Origin: Octopus sinensis
Taxonomy: Eukaryota
Assembly: GCF_006345805.1 (NCBI RefSeq)
Contig: NC_043026.1
Location: 2,542,001-2,606,000 of the forward strand
Direction: 5' to 3'
DNA length: 64,000 nucleotides
A model generated the notes under the pieces. That model searched no databases. It was not told the DNA's origin and saw only the letters and a list, made by a program, of their open reading frames with translations. Positions 26,850 to 42,041 of the stretch are shown here, one piece after another. The first letter of the stretch is position 1; every line of letters begins with the position of its first letter. The translations under genes were made by a program, and so were the position numbers.

Positions 26850-29800
26850 TAAAATAATAATAATAATATAATAATAATAATAATATAATAATAATAATAA
26901 TAATGTAATAATAATAAGCAACTTTCGACCGAGGATCAAAGGGACAATACTAATACTAATAATAGTAATATAATAATAAATAATAATAATAATAAGCAAA
27001 CTGTCGACCGAGGATCAAAGGGACAATACTAATACTAATAATAGTAATAATAATAAATAATAATAATAATAAGCAAACTGTCGACCGAGGATCAAAGGGA
27101 CAATACTAATACTAAAATAGTAATAATAATAATAAATAATAATAATAATAAGCAAACTGTCGACCGAGGATCAAAGGGACAATACTAATACTAATAATAG
27201 TAATAATAATAATAAATAATAATAATAATAAGCAAACTGTCGACAAGGGGATCAAAGGGACAATACTAATACTAATAATAGTAATAATAATAATAAATAA
27301 TAATAATAATAAGCAAACTGTCGACCAGGGGATCAAAGGGACAATACTAATACTAATAATAGTAATAATAATAATAAATAATAATAATAATAAGCAAACT
27401 GTCGACCGAGGATCAAAGGGACAATACTAATACTAATAATAGTAATAATAATAATAAATAATAATAATAATAAGCAAACTGTCGACCGAGGATCAAAGGG
27501 ACAATACTAATACTAATAATAGTAATAATAATAATAATAATAATAATTAATAAGAACTGTCGACCGAGGATAAAAGGGACAATACTAATACTAATAATAG
27601 TAATAATAATAATACAATAATAGAATTAATAAGCAAACTTTGGACCGAGGATCAAAGGGACAATACTAATACTAATAATAGTAATAATAATAATAAATAA
27701 TAATAATAATAAGCAAACTGTCGACCAGGGGATCAAAGGGACAATACTAATATAATAATAGTAATAATAATAATAAATAATAATAATAATAAGCAAACTG
27801 TCGACCGAGGATCAAAGGACAATACTAATACTAATAATAGTAATAATAATAAAATAATAATAATAATAAGCAAACTGTCGACCGAGGATCAAAGGGAACA
27901 TACTAATACTAATAATAGTAATAATAATAATAAATAATAATAATAATAAGCAAACTGTCGACCGAGGATCAAAGGGACAATACTAATACTAATAATAGTA
28001 ATAATAATAATAAATAATAATATAATACTAAGCAAACTGTCGACGAGGATCAAAGGGACAATACTAATACTAATAATAGTAATAATAATAATAAATAATA
28101 ATAATAATAAGCAAACTTTCGACCGAGGATCAAAGGGACAATACTAATACTAATAATAGTAATAAATAATAAATAATAATAATAATAATAAGCAAACTGT
28201 CGACCGAGGATCAAAGGGACAATACTAATACTAATATAGTAATAATATAATAAATAATAATAATAATAAGCAAACTTTTGACCGAGGATCAAAGGGACAA
28301 TACTAATACTAATAATAGTAAATAATAATAATAAATAATAATAAAATAAGCAAACTGTCGACCGAGGATCAAAGGGACAATACTAATACTAATAATAGTA
28401 ATAATAATAATAAAATAATATAATAATAAGCAAACTGTCGACCGAGGATCAAAGGGACAATACTAATACTAATAATAGTAAAATAATAATAATAATTAAA
28501 TAATAATAAGCAAACTTTCGACCGAGGATCAAAGGGACAATACTAATACTAATAATAGTAAAATAATAAGCAAACGTCGACGAGGATCAATGGACAATAC
28601 TAATACTAATAATAGTAATAATAATAATAAATAATAATAATAATAAGCAAACTGTCGACCGAGGATCAAAGGGACAATACTAATACTAATAATAGTAATA
28701 ATAATAATAAATAATAATAATAATAGCACAACTTCGACGAGGATCAAAGACAATACTAATACTAATAAAAGTAATAATAATAATAAATAATAATATAATA
28801 AGCAAACTGTCGACCGAGGATCAAAGGAAACAATACTAATACTAATAATAGTATAATAATAATAAATAATAATAATAATAAGCAAACTGTCGACCGAGGA
28901 GGATCAAAGGGACAAATACTATTAATAATAGTAAAATAATAATAATAAATAATAATAATAATAAGCAAACTGTCGACCGAGGATCAAAGGGACAATACTA
29001 ATACTAATAATAGTAATAATAATAATAAATAATAATAATAATAAGCAAACTGTCGACCGAGGATCAAAGGGACAATACTAATACTAATAATAGTAATAAT
29101 AATAATAAATAATAATAATAATAAGCAAACTGTCGACCGAGGATCAAAGGGACAATACTAATACTAATAATAGTAATAATAATAATAAATAATAATAATA
29201 ATAAGCAAACTTTCGACCGAGGATCAAAGACAATACTATACTAATAATAGTAATAATAATAATAAATAATAATAATAATAAGCAAACTTTCGCCCGAGGA
29301 TCAAAGGGACAATACTAATACTAATAATAGTAATAATAATAATAAATAATAATAATAATAAGCAAACTGTCGACCGAGGATCAAAGGGACAATACTAATA
29401 CTAATAATAGTAATAATAATAATAAATAATAATAAAATAATAAGCAAACTGTCGACCGAGGATCAAAGGGACAATACTAATACTAATAATAGTAATAATA
29501 ATAATAAATAATATAATAATAAGCAAACTGTCGACCGAGGATCAAAGGGACAATACTAATACTAATAATAGTAATAATAATAATAAAAAATAATAATAAG
29601 AAACTGTCGACCGAGGATCAAAGGGACAATACTAATACTAATAATAGTAATAATAATAATAAATAATAATAATAATAAGCAAACTTTCGACCGAGGATCA
29701 AAGGGACAATACTAATACTAATAATAGTAATAATAATATAATAATAATAATAATAAGCAAACTGTCGACGAGGATCAAAGGGACAATACTAATATAATAA

Positions 29801-31225
29801 TAGTAATAATATAATAAATAATAATAATAATAAGCAAACTGTCGACCGAGGATCAAAGGGACAATACTAATACTAATAATAAGTAATAAAATAATAATAA
29901 TAATAATAATAATAAGAGAACTGTCGACCGAGGATCAAAGGGACAATACTAATACTAATAATAGTAAAATAATAATAAATAATAATAATAATAATAAGCA
30001 AAACTTTCGACCGAGGATCAAAGGGACATACTAATACTAATAATAGTAATAATAATAATAAATAATAATAATAATAAGCAAACTGTCGACCGAGGATCAA
30101 AGGGACAATACTAATACTAATAATAGTAATAATAATAATAAGCAAACTGTCGACCGAGGATCAAAGGGACAATACTAATACTAATAATAGTAATAATAAT
30201 AATAAATAATAATAATAATAAGCAAACTGTCGACCGAGGATCAAAGGGACAATACTAATACTAATAATAGTAATAATAATAATAAATAATAATAATAATA
30301 AGCAAACTGTCGACCGAGGATCAAAGGGACAATACTAATACTAATAATAGTAATAATAATAATAAATAATAAAAAATAATAATAAGCAACTTTCGACCGA
30401 GGATCAAAGGGACAATACTAGATACTAATAATAGTAATAATATAATAAATAATAATAATAATAAGCAAAACTTTCGACCGAGGATCAAAGGGACAATATT
30501 AATACTAATAATAGTAATAATAATATAAATAATCTAATAATAAGCAAACTTTCGACCGAGGATCAAAGGGACATACTAATACTAATAATAGTAATAATAA
30601 TAATAAATAATAATAATAATAAGCAAACTGTCGACCAAGGATCAAAGGGACAATACTAATACTAATAATAGTATAATAAATAATAAAATAATAATAATAA
30701 TAAGCAAACTTTCGACCGAGGATCAAAGGGACAATACTAATACTAATTAATAGTATAATAATAATAAATAATAATAATAATAAGCAAACTGTCGACCGAG
30801 GATCAAAGGGACAATACTAATATATAATAATAGTAATAATAATAATAAATAATAATAATAATAAGCAAACTTTCGACCGAGATCAAAGGGACAATACTAA
30901 TACTAATAATAGTAATAATAATAATAAATAATAATAATAATAAGCAAACTGTCGACCGAGGATCAAAGAGACAATACTAATACTAATAATAGTAATAATA
31001 ATAATAAATAATAATAATAATAAGCAAACTGTGGACCGAGGATCAAAGGGGACAATACTATACTAATAATAGTAATAATAATAATAAATAATAATAATAA
31101 TAAGCAAACTGTCGACCGAGGATCAAAGGGACAACTAATACTAATAATAGTAATATAATAATAAATAATAATAATAATAAGCAAACTGTCGAACGAGGAT
31201 CAAAGGGACAATACTAATACTAATA

Positions 31226-31259
<34 letters not shown>

Positions 31260-32327
31260 GCAAAACTGTCGACCGGGGGATCAGAGGGACAATACTAATA
31301 CCTAATAATAGTAATAATAATAATAAATAATAATAATAATAAGCAAACTGTCGACCGAGGATCAAAGGGACAATACTAATACTATAATAGTAATAATAAT
31401 AATAAATAATAATAATAATAAGCAAACTGTCGACCGAGGATCAAAGGGACAATACTAATACTAATAATAGTAATAATAATAATAAAATAATAATAATAAG
31501 CAAACTGTCGACCGAGGATCAAAGGGACAATACTAATACTAATAATAGTAATATAATAATAAATAATAATTAATAATAGCAAACTGTCGACCGAGGATCA
31601 AAGGGACATACTAATACTACTAATAGTAATAACAATAATAAATAATATAATATAAGCAAACTGTCGACCGAGGATCAAAGGGACATAATACTAATACTAA
31701 TAATAGTATAATAATAATGAATAATAATAATATAAGCAAACTGTCGACCGAGGATCAAAGGGACAATACCAATACTAATAATAGTAATAATAATAATAAA
31801 TAATAATAATAAGAGAACTGTCGACCGAGGATCAAAGGGACAATACTAATACTAATAATAGTAATAATAATAATAAATAATAATAATAATAATAAGCAAA
31901 CTTTCCCGACCGAGGATCAAAGGACAATACTAATACTAATAATAGTAATAATAATAAAATAAATAATAATAATAATAAGCAAACTGTCGACCGAGGATCA
32001 AAGGGACAATAATACTAATAATAATACTAGTAATAATAATAATAAGCAAACTGTCGACCGAGGATCAAAGGGACAATACTAATACTAATAATAGTAATAA
32101 TAATAATAAATAATAATAATAATAAGCAAACTTTCGACCGAGGATCAAAGGGACAATACTAATACTAATAATAGTAATAATAATAATAAATAATAATAAT
32201 AATAAGCAAACTGTCGACCGAGGATCAAAGGGACAATACTAATACTAATAATAGTAATAATAATAATAAATAATAATAATAATAAGCAAACTTTCGACCG
32301 AGGATCAAAGGGACAATACTAATACTA

Positions 32328-32362
<35 letters not shown>

Positions 32363-33368
32363 GCATACTTTCGAACGAGGATCAAAGGGACAATACTAAT
32401 ACTAATAATAGTAATAATAATAATAAATAATAATAATAATAAGCAAAACTTTCGACCGAGGATCAAAGGGACAATACTAATACTAATAATAGTAATAATA
32501 ATAATAAATAATAATAATATAAGCAAACTTTCGACCGAGGATCAAAGGGACAATACTAATACTAATAATAGTAATAATATAATAATATATAATAATAAGC
32601 AAACTTTCGACCGAGGATCAAAGGGACAATACTAATACTAATAATAGTAATAATAATAATAAATAATAATAATAATAAGAACTTTCGCCCGAGGATCAAA
32701 GGGACATACTAATACTAATAATAGTAATAATAATATAATAATAATAATAATAAGCAAACTTTCGACCGAGGATCAAAGGGACAATACTAATACTAATAAT
32801 AGTAATAATAATAATAAATAATAATAATAATAAGCAAACTTTCGACCGAGGATCAAGGGACAATACTAATACTAATAATAGTAATAATAATAATAATCAA
32901 TAATAATTAATAAGCAAACTTTCGACCGAGGATCAAAGGGACCATATAATACTCATAATATAATAATAATAATAATAAATAATAATATAATAAGCAAACT
33001 TTCGACCGAGGATCAAAGGGACAATACTAATACTAATAATAGTAATAATAATAATAAATAATAATAATAATAAGCAAACTGTCGACCGAGGATCAAAGGG
33101 ACAATACTAATACTAATAATAGTAATAATAATAATAAATAATAATAATAATAAGCAAACTGTCGACCGAGGATCAAAGGGACAATACTAATACTAATAAT
33201 AGTAATAATAATAAGCAAACTGTCGACCGAGGATCAAAGGGACAATACTAATACTAATAATAGTAATAATAATAATAAATAATAATAATAATAAGCAAAC
33301 TGTCGACCGAGGATCAAAGGGACAATACTAATACTAATAATAGTAATAATAATAATAAATAATAATAA
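26850..33368. repeat. Tandem satellite, 80-bp monomer, roughly 80 copies
   Basis: Core GCAAACTGTCGACCGAGGATCAAAGGGACAATACTAATAC plus (TAA)n; period 80 (e.g. 28981, 29061, 29141). Confidence 0.97.
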
Positions 33369-33446
33369 ACAGCTCAACCACAACATTAGATTAGAAAGAC
33401 TCTTATTTTGGGAACATTGCGTTCTTCGGCCTGACACAGGAATATG

Positions 33447-33451
33447 CATAT

Positions 33452-33487
<36 letters not shown>

Positions 33488-33514
33488 ATATATATTATAT
33501 ATATATATGTATAT

Positions 33515-33546
<32 letters not shown>

Positions 33547-33710
33547 ATATATAATATATAATATATATATATATAATATATACATATATAATATTATATA
33601 TATAATATATATATATATAATATATATATATATAATATACACAATTATATATATATATATATATTATATATATATATATATATCTTATATGTATATTATA
33701 TATATATGAT
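33447..33710. repeat. (TA)n microsatellite
   Basis: TA run. Confidence 0.95.
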
Positions 33711-33789
33711 TGATTGATTGATTGATTCTAGTTTCAGCCTACGAGCTGTGGCATGCTGGGGCACCGCCATTTGTTGTTGCTACATGGTT

Positions 33790-34600
33790 TTACTTCACGA
33801 ATGCTTTTTAGCAACTGCCATTTGGTGCATGAGGGAGTTCGATGCAACTGCCCTCATCTGCACCTCCTGCTGTGAAGTTGGTTCATCTGGGACACCTGAC
33901 AAGAAGAGATCCAGTTTCATTTTAAAGACATCTGCATCCACCCCATGCAGGTCTCTTAGGTTCTTCGGGAGGATATTGAATAGCTGTGAGCCTCGGAAGC
34001 CCAGGCTATCACAGTATCTTGTCCTACATCTTGATGGCAAATTCGGAGTCCTTGGCACTACGCAGTGGCTCCCAGTTCTGGCATTTGTGTAATTCTCGAT
34101 GCCAAAGTTTGGGACAAGTCCTTCCAGGATCTTCCAGATGTATATTATGGCATATCTTTCTTGCCTACGCTTCAAGGAATAGAGTTTTTATCTCTTGAGT
34201 CTTTCCCAGTAGCTTATATTCTGCACAGAGGCTATCTTCTTTGTGTAGCTACGTTGGATCGCCTCAAGTTCTGTGATTAACTTGACACTGGATGGTGACC
34301 ATAGCTGAGAGCAATAGTCAAAGTGGCTTAGGACAAGTGTCCTCCAGAGGACCATCATGGTTTCTTGTTCTCTTGTTCTAAGAATCCATCCGGCCAGTCG
34401 TCTCTTTCATTGCAATTAGCCAACATGTACACGAAAGGTTGGCGTCATCACTCATGTAAATACCCTGATTGTGCCTCTGGGATTGTAATTCCTCCGGTCC
34501 AGTGTATTCATGGGTATTGCATTTAGTTTTGCATGCTGATAGCATAAAGCTTGAAACTTGTCAGCATTGAACTGCATGCTATTCTTTTCAGCCCACTTGT
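33790..34600 (-). mobile_element. CR1/Jockey-group LINE 3' fragment
   Basis: RRQERYAIIYIWKILEGLVPN...FRGSQLFNILP...FKMKLDLFL; upstream degenerate late-RT sequence (WAEKNSMQFNADKFQAL). Confidence 0.8.
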
Positions 34601-34635
34601 ATGTGTGGTGTGTGTGTGTGTCTATGTATGTATAT

Positions 34636-34936
<301 letters not shown>

Positions 34937-35128
34937 CATATATATATTACCTTCGAAACACACTTTGAGTCGAACCAGGGGCAGCTGATGAAGTGGAATT
35001 TTCCTTGTATTGTTTGTCCTGTACTCTGTTTTTTCGTTGTTAACAAAAAGTCCGTTCCTTGTTTGATTTTTTTATGTTTCGTTTCTCGTTGTGTTCTACG
35101 TTTATTTGTGGTGTCCTGTACTCATATA

Positions 35129-35171
<43 letters not shown>

Positions 35172-35306
35172 TGCTTGTATATATACAGGTAGATGTAACT
35201 ACGTACATATATGTATGTATATATGCATATATTTTATTTATTTATTTATTGTTATTATAGACCGAACGCGCGCGTCGTTTCTCTTCTCCAAGTTTTTATT
35301 TATATA

Positions 35307-35337
<31 letters not shown>

Positions 35338-35850
35338 GTGCATGCACACATACATTTACATGCATGCAGATACGTATGCAAAAACACCCCAAAATACTGA
35401 TAAAGTGTTTGTGAAACCGTTGTGCAATTATGCAAGAGAAACCAGTTGCTCCCTCCATCCTCTTCGTTAATTGTAATATAAACTCTTCCGATATTTACGT
35501 TTGTTCAAAGATATCATCGAAGCAATCCCTTTTCGCTGTGTAACAACCCTTTCCACTGTTTGCCCAAAGCTTGAAATTTTGGTGGAGGGGATTAATTGAT
35601 TACACTGATCCCCAGTGTTTCTCTGGTACTTTATTTATCGATCCCCAAAGGATGAAAGGCAAAATTGACCTTTTTTTTCACTTTTTAAACTTTTTATGGG
35701 TTTCTACTTGGATAGAATTACTGTAGCGTTAATAAGTTCACATAAAGAAATCTATGATTTAAACGGATTATTAAGATATATCCGAGAGAATCTCTGTCAA
35801 CTTCTCACTTGGAATCTTTCAGTGTCCTCCGAGTTGCAATTAGTGCCACT

Positions 35851-35881
<31 letters not shown>

Positions 35882-37942
35882 ATCTCTCTCTCCCTCCCTC
35901 ACTCACTCTCTCTCTCACTCACTCTCTCTCTCTGTCTCTCTCTCTCTCTCTCATTTTCGCTCAGTTTAGAGATGTTCCCCTTTACCTCATATATTTACTC
36001 AGTTATCCCATTGAGCAAAACAGGACAATAATAATGATTTCTAGCCTAGGTACATGGCCTGAAATTTTGGTTTAGAGGTCTAGTTGGTATCACCGACCCC
36101 AGTACTTGACTGGTTATTATTTTGTTGAACCAGAAAGGAGGAAAGGCAAAGTTGAACTCGGCGGGATTTGAACTCAGAACGTAGAGATTCACTACATGTT
36201 GCTATGCAGTTTACATGGCGTGCTAATGATTCTGCTAACTCGCTGACGATGTCCTCCTTTTCCCAGAGAATCAAATCCCATTTGCTCGCCACAAATCCTC
36301 TGTAAAATCCAATATAGAACTTCCAACAGCTACATTATCCCACTGGTAGAGGATCGCCAGGGCTCGACCATATTCCAGCTGTTTCGGCCTCCGATTGAGA
36401 GAAACTGGGGGGAAACAGCGACACACATGTTCACCGTCAAGGAATCGATGGAGAGAGGTGCAGCCTCAGTGCATACCTGCGTGTAATCAGCTACAGCATG
36501 TCCAGTCGTTCGTTGAGCAGGTGTTGACACCAAATGCAGCGCTTGGCCAGTGGAATGCATCCATCGCACAGAGAGCGGAATGGCAACGCTCCAGGTCGGT
36601 TAGACTTGAAATGAGGCGAGGCACAACGGTCAGGCAGTAATATATGATGGAGCAATGTAAGTGTTCGCCAAATCCGCCTGACCACTGAAAGATTATTTTT
36701 TTCCTCAGCCTTTTACTAGGCTTCAAGGCACTTGGCTACTCTTTCTAGCGCGGGTAGGTAGGAACCGATGGAGGGTTCACGCGTCCTTGTTTCCCGGCCC
36801 TCAACATTTAGGATAGGAATAACAAAAGAAGCCCCGGAATAACATGTTTGTTAAGAGACGGAAAGACAGTTTGTTTCATAGGAGAAACCTGCATTTCTGT
36901 GGGTATTTAGTTTTGTTTCTAGCATGATGTGAGTCTACTTATAGGATAATATTTTATATTAATTCTAAAAGTTTCCTTCATATTTATACACATAAACACT
37001 ACACGGAAATTGAAAGGTTCTTGTTTGTTATGTCTACCATGATGTGAGACCCCACCTTAGTACAATATTCTTACAGATGCTTCGTCCTCAAGTGTCCTTC
37101 AATTTTTATACACCGCACATCACAGATTTAAGGCCATGTGGTTGCTATTTCTCGCAATATGGGGACCCATATATTGTTCATTATATTTTAGAAATGGTTA
37201 AGTGTCCTATTTTCATACTAGAAATCGAAACCAATTTGAAGGCTCTTGCTTAATGTAGTCTAGCATGAAGAATGACCATATATGGCACAACTTCTTAAGG
37301 TGTCCTCCAATTTGTATTAAAATCAACGCAAATTTCAGGGTACTTGACTGTTATTCGTAGCGTAACGCAAAATCACATGTCGCGAATTTCTTTCCGTAAA
37401 TCTTTCTTAAATTCTTGTTCAATACCCACAGTATTTAATTATATGAATTATGAACTACAAAATTAATTAATTTTTCTTTCGAATCCAAATTTATAACTGT
37501 TTGAAGGGAGGTAATTCTATACCTTTCGAAGACAGTTGTAGCCTCCCTTGGATCTACGAGATTTTTGACTGGGCGGTAGGGGCTGCTTTGTGTGTGTGTG
37601 TGTGTGGTGTGTGTGTAACATTCGTGGTGGGAGGGAAGAAGAGAGGGAAAAGAAAAATATGTCCGAGAGGGATAGCGAGAGGGGGAGGGACATAAGATGA
37701 AAGAAAAATGTTTAGTAAAAGAGAGAGAAAAGCTGAGAGAGAGAGAGAGCTATGATAAAGAGAGTGAGAAAAAGCAAGAGAGGTGGAGTAAAGTCGGGAG
37801 GGAGAGAGAAGAGAGAGATTATGTGTTTCGCCATCTAAATATTGCATAAGGGGGAGAACAACACAAATTGTGACGACTTAGCTGTTATTTCCGGCATTAT
37901 ATGAAACCATATATGTAAAAAGTATTTTTATAGAATGCCTTT

Positions 37943-38480
37943 TACGGGGGTCGGCTGAAAGGTCCATAGGCTGACCAAGATTCTCTCACGGAAGGTGACC
38001 AAATGGGGTTTATTTTCCGATATAGTCCCCCCCCCCCCTTGAAGTCCCCACATTTCTTCTAAACAAAACAAAGAAAAGATCACTTTTCTCTCTGTCTCCC
38101 TTCTTCCTTTCTTTATCCCTTTTTTTTTCTCTTTTCTTTCTCTCTCTTACCTTCTCTCATCCCTTTGGTGTTGCAGTGGGCTTGGCTCCGTTTGCTGAAG
38201 AATCATCATCACTGCGATACTAGTTCCCAGCCAAATGTTACTTCATGTTGGGGATCAGAGGGGCCAAATCCGGAATAGGGAGGGCGATTAACCTGTTCAA
38301 AGCCACAGTCACGCACGGCAACCATTGAAACGAAGGACTTGTGTGCTGGAGCATTGTCTTGATGAAACATTCCCATCTTTCTTCAGTTTTCCTTGGCGTT
38401 TGGTCTTGAGAGCATTCCACAACTGCCTCAGGAAGTTGGCAAAGCACTCTCCATTGGTGGTTTTGCCCTTTATTCCTCCG
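37943..38480. mobile_element. Degenerate mariner transposon fragments
   Basis: Mariner-like end at ~37943; minus strand, across frameshifts, LRQLWNALKTKRQGKLKK, FHQDNAPAHKS, PPYS.DLAP. Confidence 0.7.
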
Positions 38481-38744
38481 CCACATCTTTTAAAATCATA
38501 AAACTGGCATCTGGAAATTGGCCCCGTGGGAAAAACTACAAACAGCAAACCATCCGAATATTAAAATGAAAGCCATCTTACAGAAAAAAACTAAACAAAA
38601 CAAGAAAAAAGATCGCTTGTCTCTCTATCTCCCTTCTTCCTTTCTTTATCCCTTTTTTTCTCTTTTCTCTTCTTTCTCTCTTACCTTCTCTCATCGCATC
38701 TTTTCTCTTTTTCTATTTACACACACACACACACACCACACACA

Positions 38745-38787
<43 letters not shown>

Positions 38788-39168
38788 TAACAAAGCAAAA
38801 CAGATTTCAACAAAAGACAAAGTTTCCTGTAAAACTCAAATCTGACAAGTTCCAATGAATGAGATGTAAACACTAATAACGAATTATCCAAAATTCTCAC
38901 AAACTCCTTTCTTTAAAGCATAAAATCTGTACATCACTACAAACAGTCTATCTATTTATCTGTCTATCTGCCTCTCTGTCTATCTACCTATCGATATATC
39001 TATCTGTCTCTCTCTCTCTATCCATCTATCTGTGTGTGTGTGTGTGTATATATGCTGTCTTGACCGAGCTAATTTTCTGTTAATGGTATATGAATGGTTA
39101 TCTCCCTTTAGTTGAATGTCTCTGCGTTAATCCATCCGTGTGTGTAGTTAGGTGGGTAGGTATGTGTA

Positions 39169-39390
39169 TACAGGGGTTGATGAAAAGTACCCGGCATGAC
39201 CACTGCTGCAGAGGACTGGCTGGAGACCGAACCAGCTGTGTTCTTTTTCCCAGGGCTTAGAAAAACTGAAGGGCCACTGCAACAAGTGTGTGAATGTGAG
39301 AGGGGAAATATGTTGAATAGAATGCTAATGAAGTGATTCGTCTCTATTTTGTTTTACCTGAAGCCAGAAACATTTCAATACTCCCTCGTC
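39169..39390. mobile_element. Mariner-derived MITE, same family as 58920-59141
   Basis: Degenerate TIRs; internal GLRKTEG/NKCVNVRGEIC/YVE-like transposase C-terminal remnant. Confidence 0.65.
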
Positions 39391-39459
39391 TGTAGACAAA
39401 CACATACACACACACAACGCATGCACACATACACAAACGCATACATATACACGCACATG

Positions 39460-40612
39460 ACAGGTGACTCTTTCAGGCTGACCCGAACAGTGTTGGGACA
39501 TGGAGGACCAAATCAGGGAAATGGACCAGCTCCAGAGAGAGGTAGAAGCTTTTCTGGGTGGAGGGGGAGAGATCTACCCATAACCTCAGAATCAAGCTCC
39601 TAATGTTAACCCAAAAGTCTGTAGAGCTGAAATACCAGGAAATGAGTTCAACGTCAGTTGTCCATTCTGGAAAGAAGTGGGACGAGTAGTTGTGAAAGGG
39701 GCCAGATCAGGATCAGCTCCTGTCCAAGTGGTGTACCTTATAAAGTATACAAGAAAAGCCCATGGCTCCTTCAGAGGCTGTGGACACTATTCTGAAAGAT
39801 CTGAACAAATGGTATCATTCCACCGAAAGGAAGTTTTGTGCTGCCAAAGGAAGAAAACTCATCAGCCATTCACAAATTCAGGACCATTCTCCTTCCTGAG
39901 TGTTGAGGGAAAAAACCTTCTGTACTGACCAAAAAAGGGTGACCTCATACAATGAGTATATAAACACCTCTATCCAGAAAGGTGAGGGTCTCGGGTTTCT
40001 CGGGCTGTCTGGAACACAACCAGCTGATTCGGGAGGCCAAAAGAAGTAAAGGTGACATGACAGTGGTTTGGCTGGATCTGGAAAATGCATGTGGATCAAT
40101 TCCTCACAGCCTCATATATGCAGCCCTTGACTGTTACCATATTCCTCACCTGTTGAGGGAATAATCAGCAATCACTTTGGAGGCATCGAGTTATGTTTCA
40201 GAACAGCCCACTTCACAAGTCAGTGGCAAGACCTTGAGAAAGGAATCATAACTGGTTGCACAATCTCCCTCATTCTTTTCATCATGGCTATGAATCTCCT
40301 CGTGTCAGCTGCTGAAAATGAAGGCCAAGGACCAACAATGGAATCAGGCAGCTGTCAGCAGCCAATAAGGGGTTTCATGGATGATATCACGGTAACAACT
40401 ACAACCCATGTGGAGGCAGAAATGGTGCTGACCTCATTTGAACACATGGTAATATTCGTTAGAAAGAAGTTTAAGCCTCCCAAATATAGGGGTATGGTAA
40501 CCAGAGGAGGTAAAGTAACAAACAAAATTAAGCTACAAGTGCAAGGAGAAGCCATACCATCAACAGAGGAAAATCTGATTAAATGTCTTGGAAAGATGTT
40601 TGAGAAGTCGCT
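39460..40612 (+). mobile_element. Degenerate NeSL/HERO-like (restriction-endonuclease clade) non-LTR RT fragment
   Basis: GFSGCLEH, VVWLDLENACGSIPH, KGIITGCTIS, FMDDITV, IKCLGK. Confidence 0.75.
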
Positions 40613-40790
40613 CTGTCAGAAGCAATTGCTTGCGATACCAGAGGGTGCACCCTCTCCTACCCTGATGTAATCTCCAGGGATACAGGCATCCAGCAACAGG
40701 ACCTCCGTAATGCTATGATGGACCGTGAGGTCTGGCGTAACATAGTAAATTCCATTGTCTCGACCACGGTCGAACAATGATGATGATGAA
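40613..40790 (+). mobile_element. 3' end of a second RTE-like LINE with (TGA)n tail
   Basis: YPDVISRDTG...DLRNAMMDREVWRNIV followed by GATGATGATGA. Confidence 0.6.
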
Positions 40791-42003
40791 AGGAAATGTT
40801 CGAATTGCCACTTTGAACGTTTTCTTCTACGATTATGCCAATTCTTCCTGCCCAAGTCAGTAACTGACTTATTTCTTCAGTTATAAATGAGGGTGTTCAG
40901 ATCGAATTGAAAGAAATATATCTTACACCATGTGCTATTCCGCTAGCACGATCATGGCTGATATTAGTAACAACACCGATGTGAACAAAAGCACAATACC
41001 TGTAAGGAAACCTGCACTGGGTCAAACGGCCTGAGATATGATGTGGATGTATTTTGTATGATAGTTTAAAAATCTATACATATAAATTTGACATGGGCGA
41101 TTCTTTCTTGTCTTGGGATTCACGGTCAAACGGCTGGGTGGAATTGCGCGAAAAATTACTCATCGATGTGTAGAAAGATCAGGTGGTGTTGCTGGGCTTT
41201 GTATTTTTTCATAGCTCCCATGGTTACTGAGATAATCTACTATAATAATACTCTTGCGTTTATGAATGAGAAAGGAAGGAGTGATAGATGAATAAGGAAG
41301 GAAGGGGTGATGTGACACTTGGTAGTGGGAGGATGAAAATTGTACGCTGGAAAAATAAATCAAACAGCGTTTCAACTCTGTGTGAATATATGTGTGCGTA
41401 TGTAAAAGGGGGGTATGTGAATGTGTGTGTGTGTGGGGGGGGATTTTTTGTGAAGTTTTCCTTTGTAGTGTTTCAGTTATTTGGTTTTCAGTTTCAGATG
41501 GGTTTTTTTCTTTTCGTTTTAAATTTTGTGTAATATTTCGCATTGAGTTTGCGGTATTTAATGTTTTTCAGTTATTATTTTTTTTGTTGTTTTTTGACCT
41601 TTGAAAATTTAAAAGATTTCTTTACTTATTTTTTTTATTTCTTTTAATTTTTGTTCTATTTTTTTATGTTTGTTTCTGTTGTTTTGCATCTTTGTTCGCT
41701 TAGTATTTGGGTTTATTTTTTTGATTTCGGTGAATCTTGGTTGTTGTATTTTGTTGGTCAGTTATTTTTAGCGTTTTGACAAAACAAAAAGTCATTCTAA
41801 AATTGATTTTTTAACGTAAGCGTGCCCAAGCAAGTCGAATGCTTACACAGAGCAGGTTTTACAACCACATCATCCAAACCGACCGGGTGAAACCGGGCTT
41901 AGCGGTTCGGCAAAAGAGACTGAGAGAATATGTACCAGGCTTAAAAAAGTACTGAGCTCAATTTGTTCGACTTAACCCTTTCGAGGCGGTGCTTCAGCAT
42001 GGC

Positions 42004-42034
<31 letters not shown>

Positions 42035-42041
42035 GTATATA

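Noticed and set aside
26400-26850. Purine-rich block and the 221-aa minus ORF 26334-26999
   Set aside because: Low-complexity junction between an RTE UTR and the satellite with no motifs; may be poorly polished sequence
26850-33368. CRISPR-like look: constant ~30-bp core with regular spacing
   Set aside because: Spacers are all the same TAA-rich sequence, there are no cas genes, and the context is eukaryotic; it is a satellite, and its ORFs are artefacts
34946-35000. CGAAAC...CTGATGA, a possible permuted hammerhead
   Set aside because: Could not build convincing stems I-III by eye
38058-38700. ~100-bp pyrimidine-rich direct repeat (~38058 and ~38592)
   Set aside because: Low-complexity local duplication around a mariner fragment; not LTR-like
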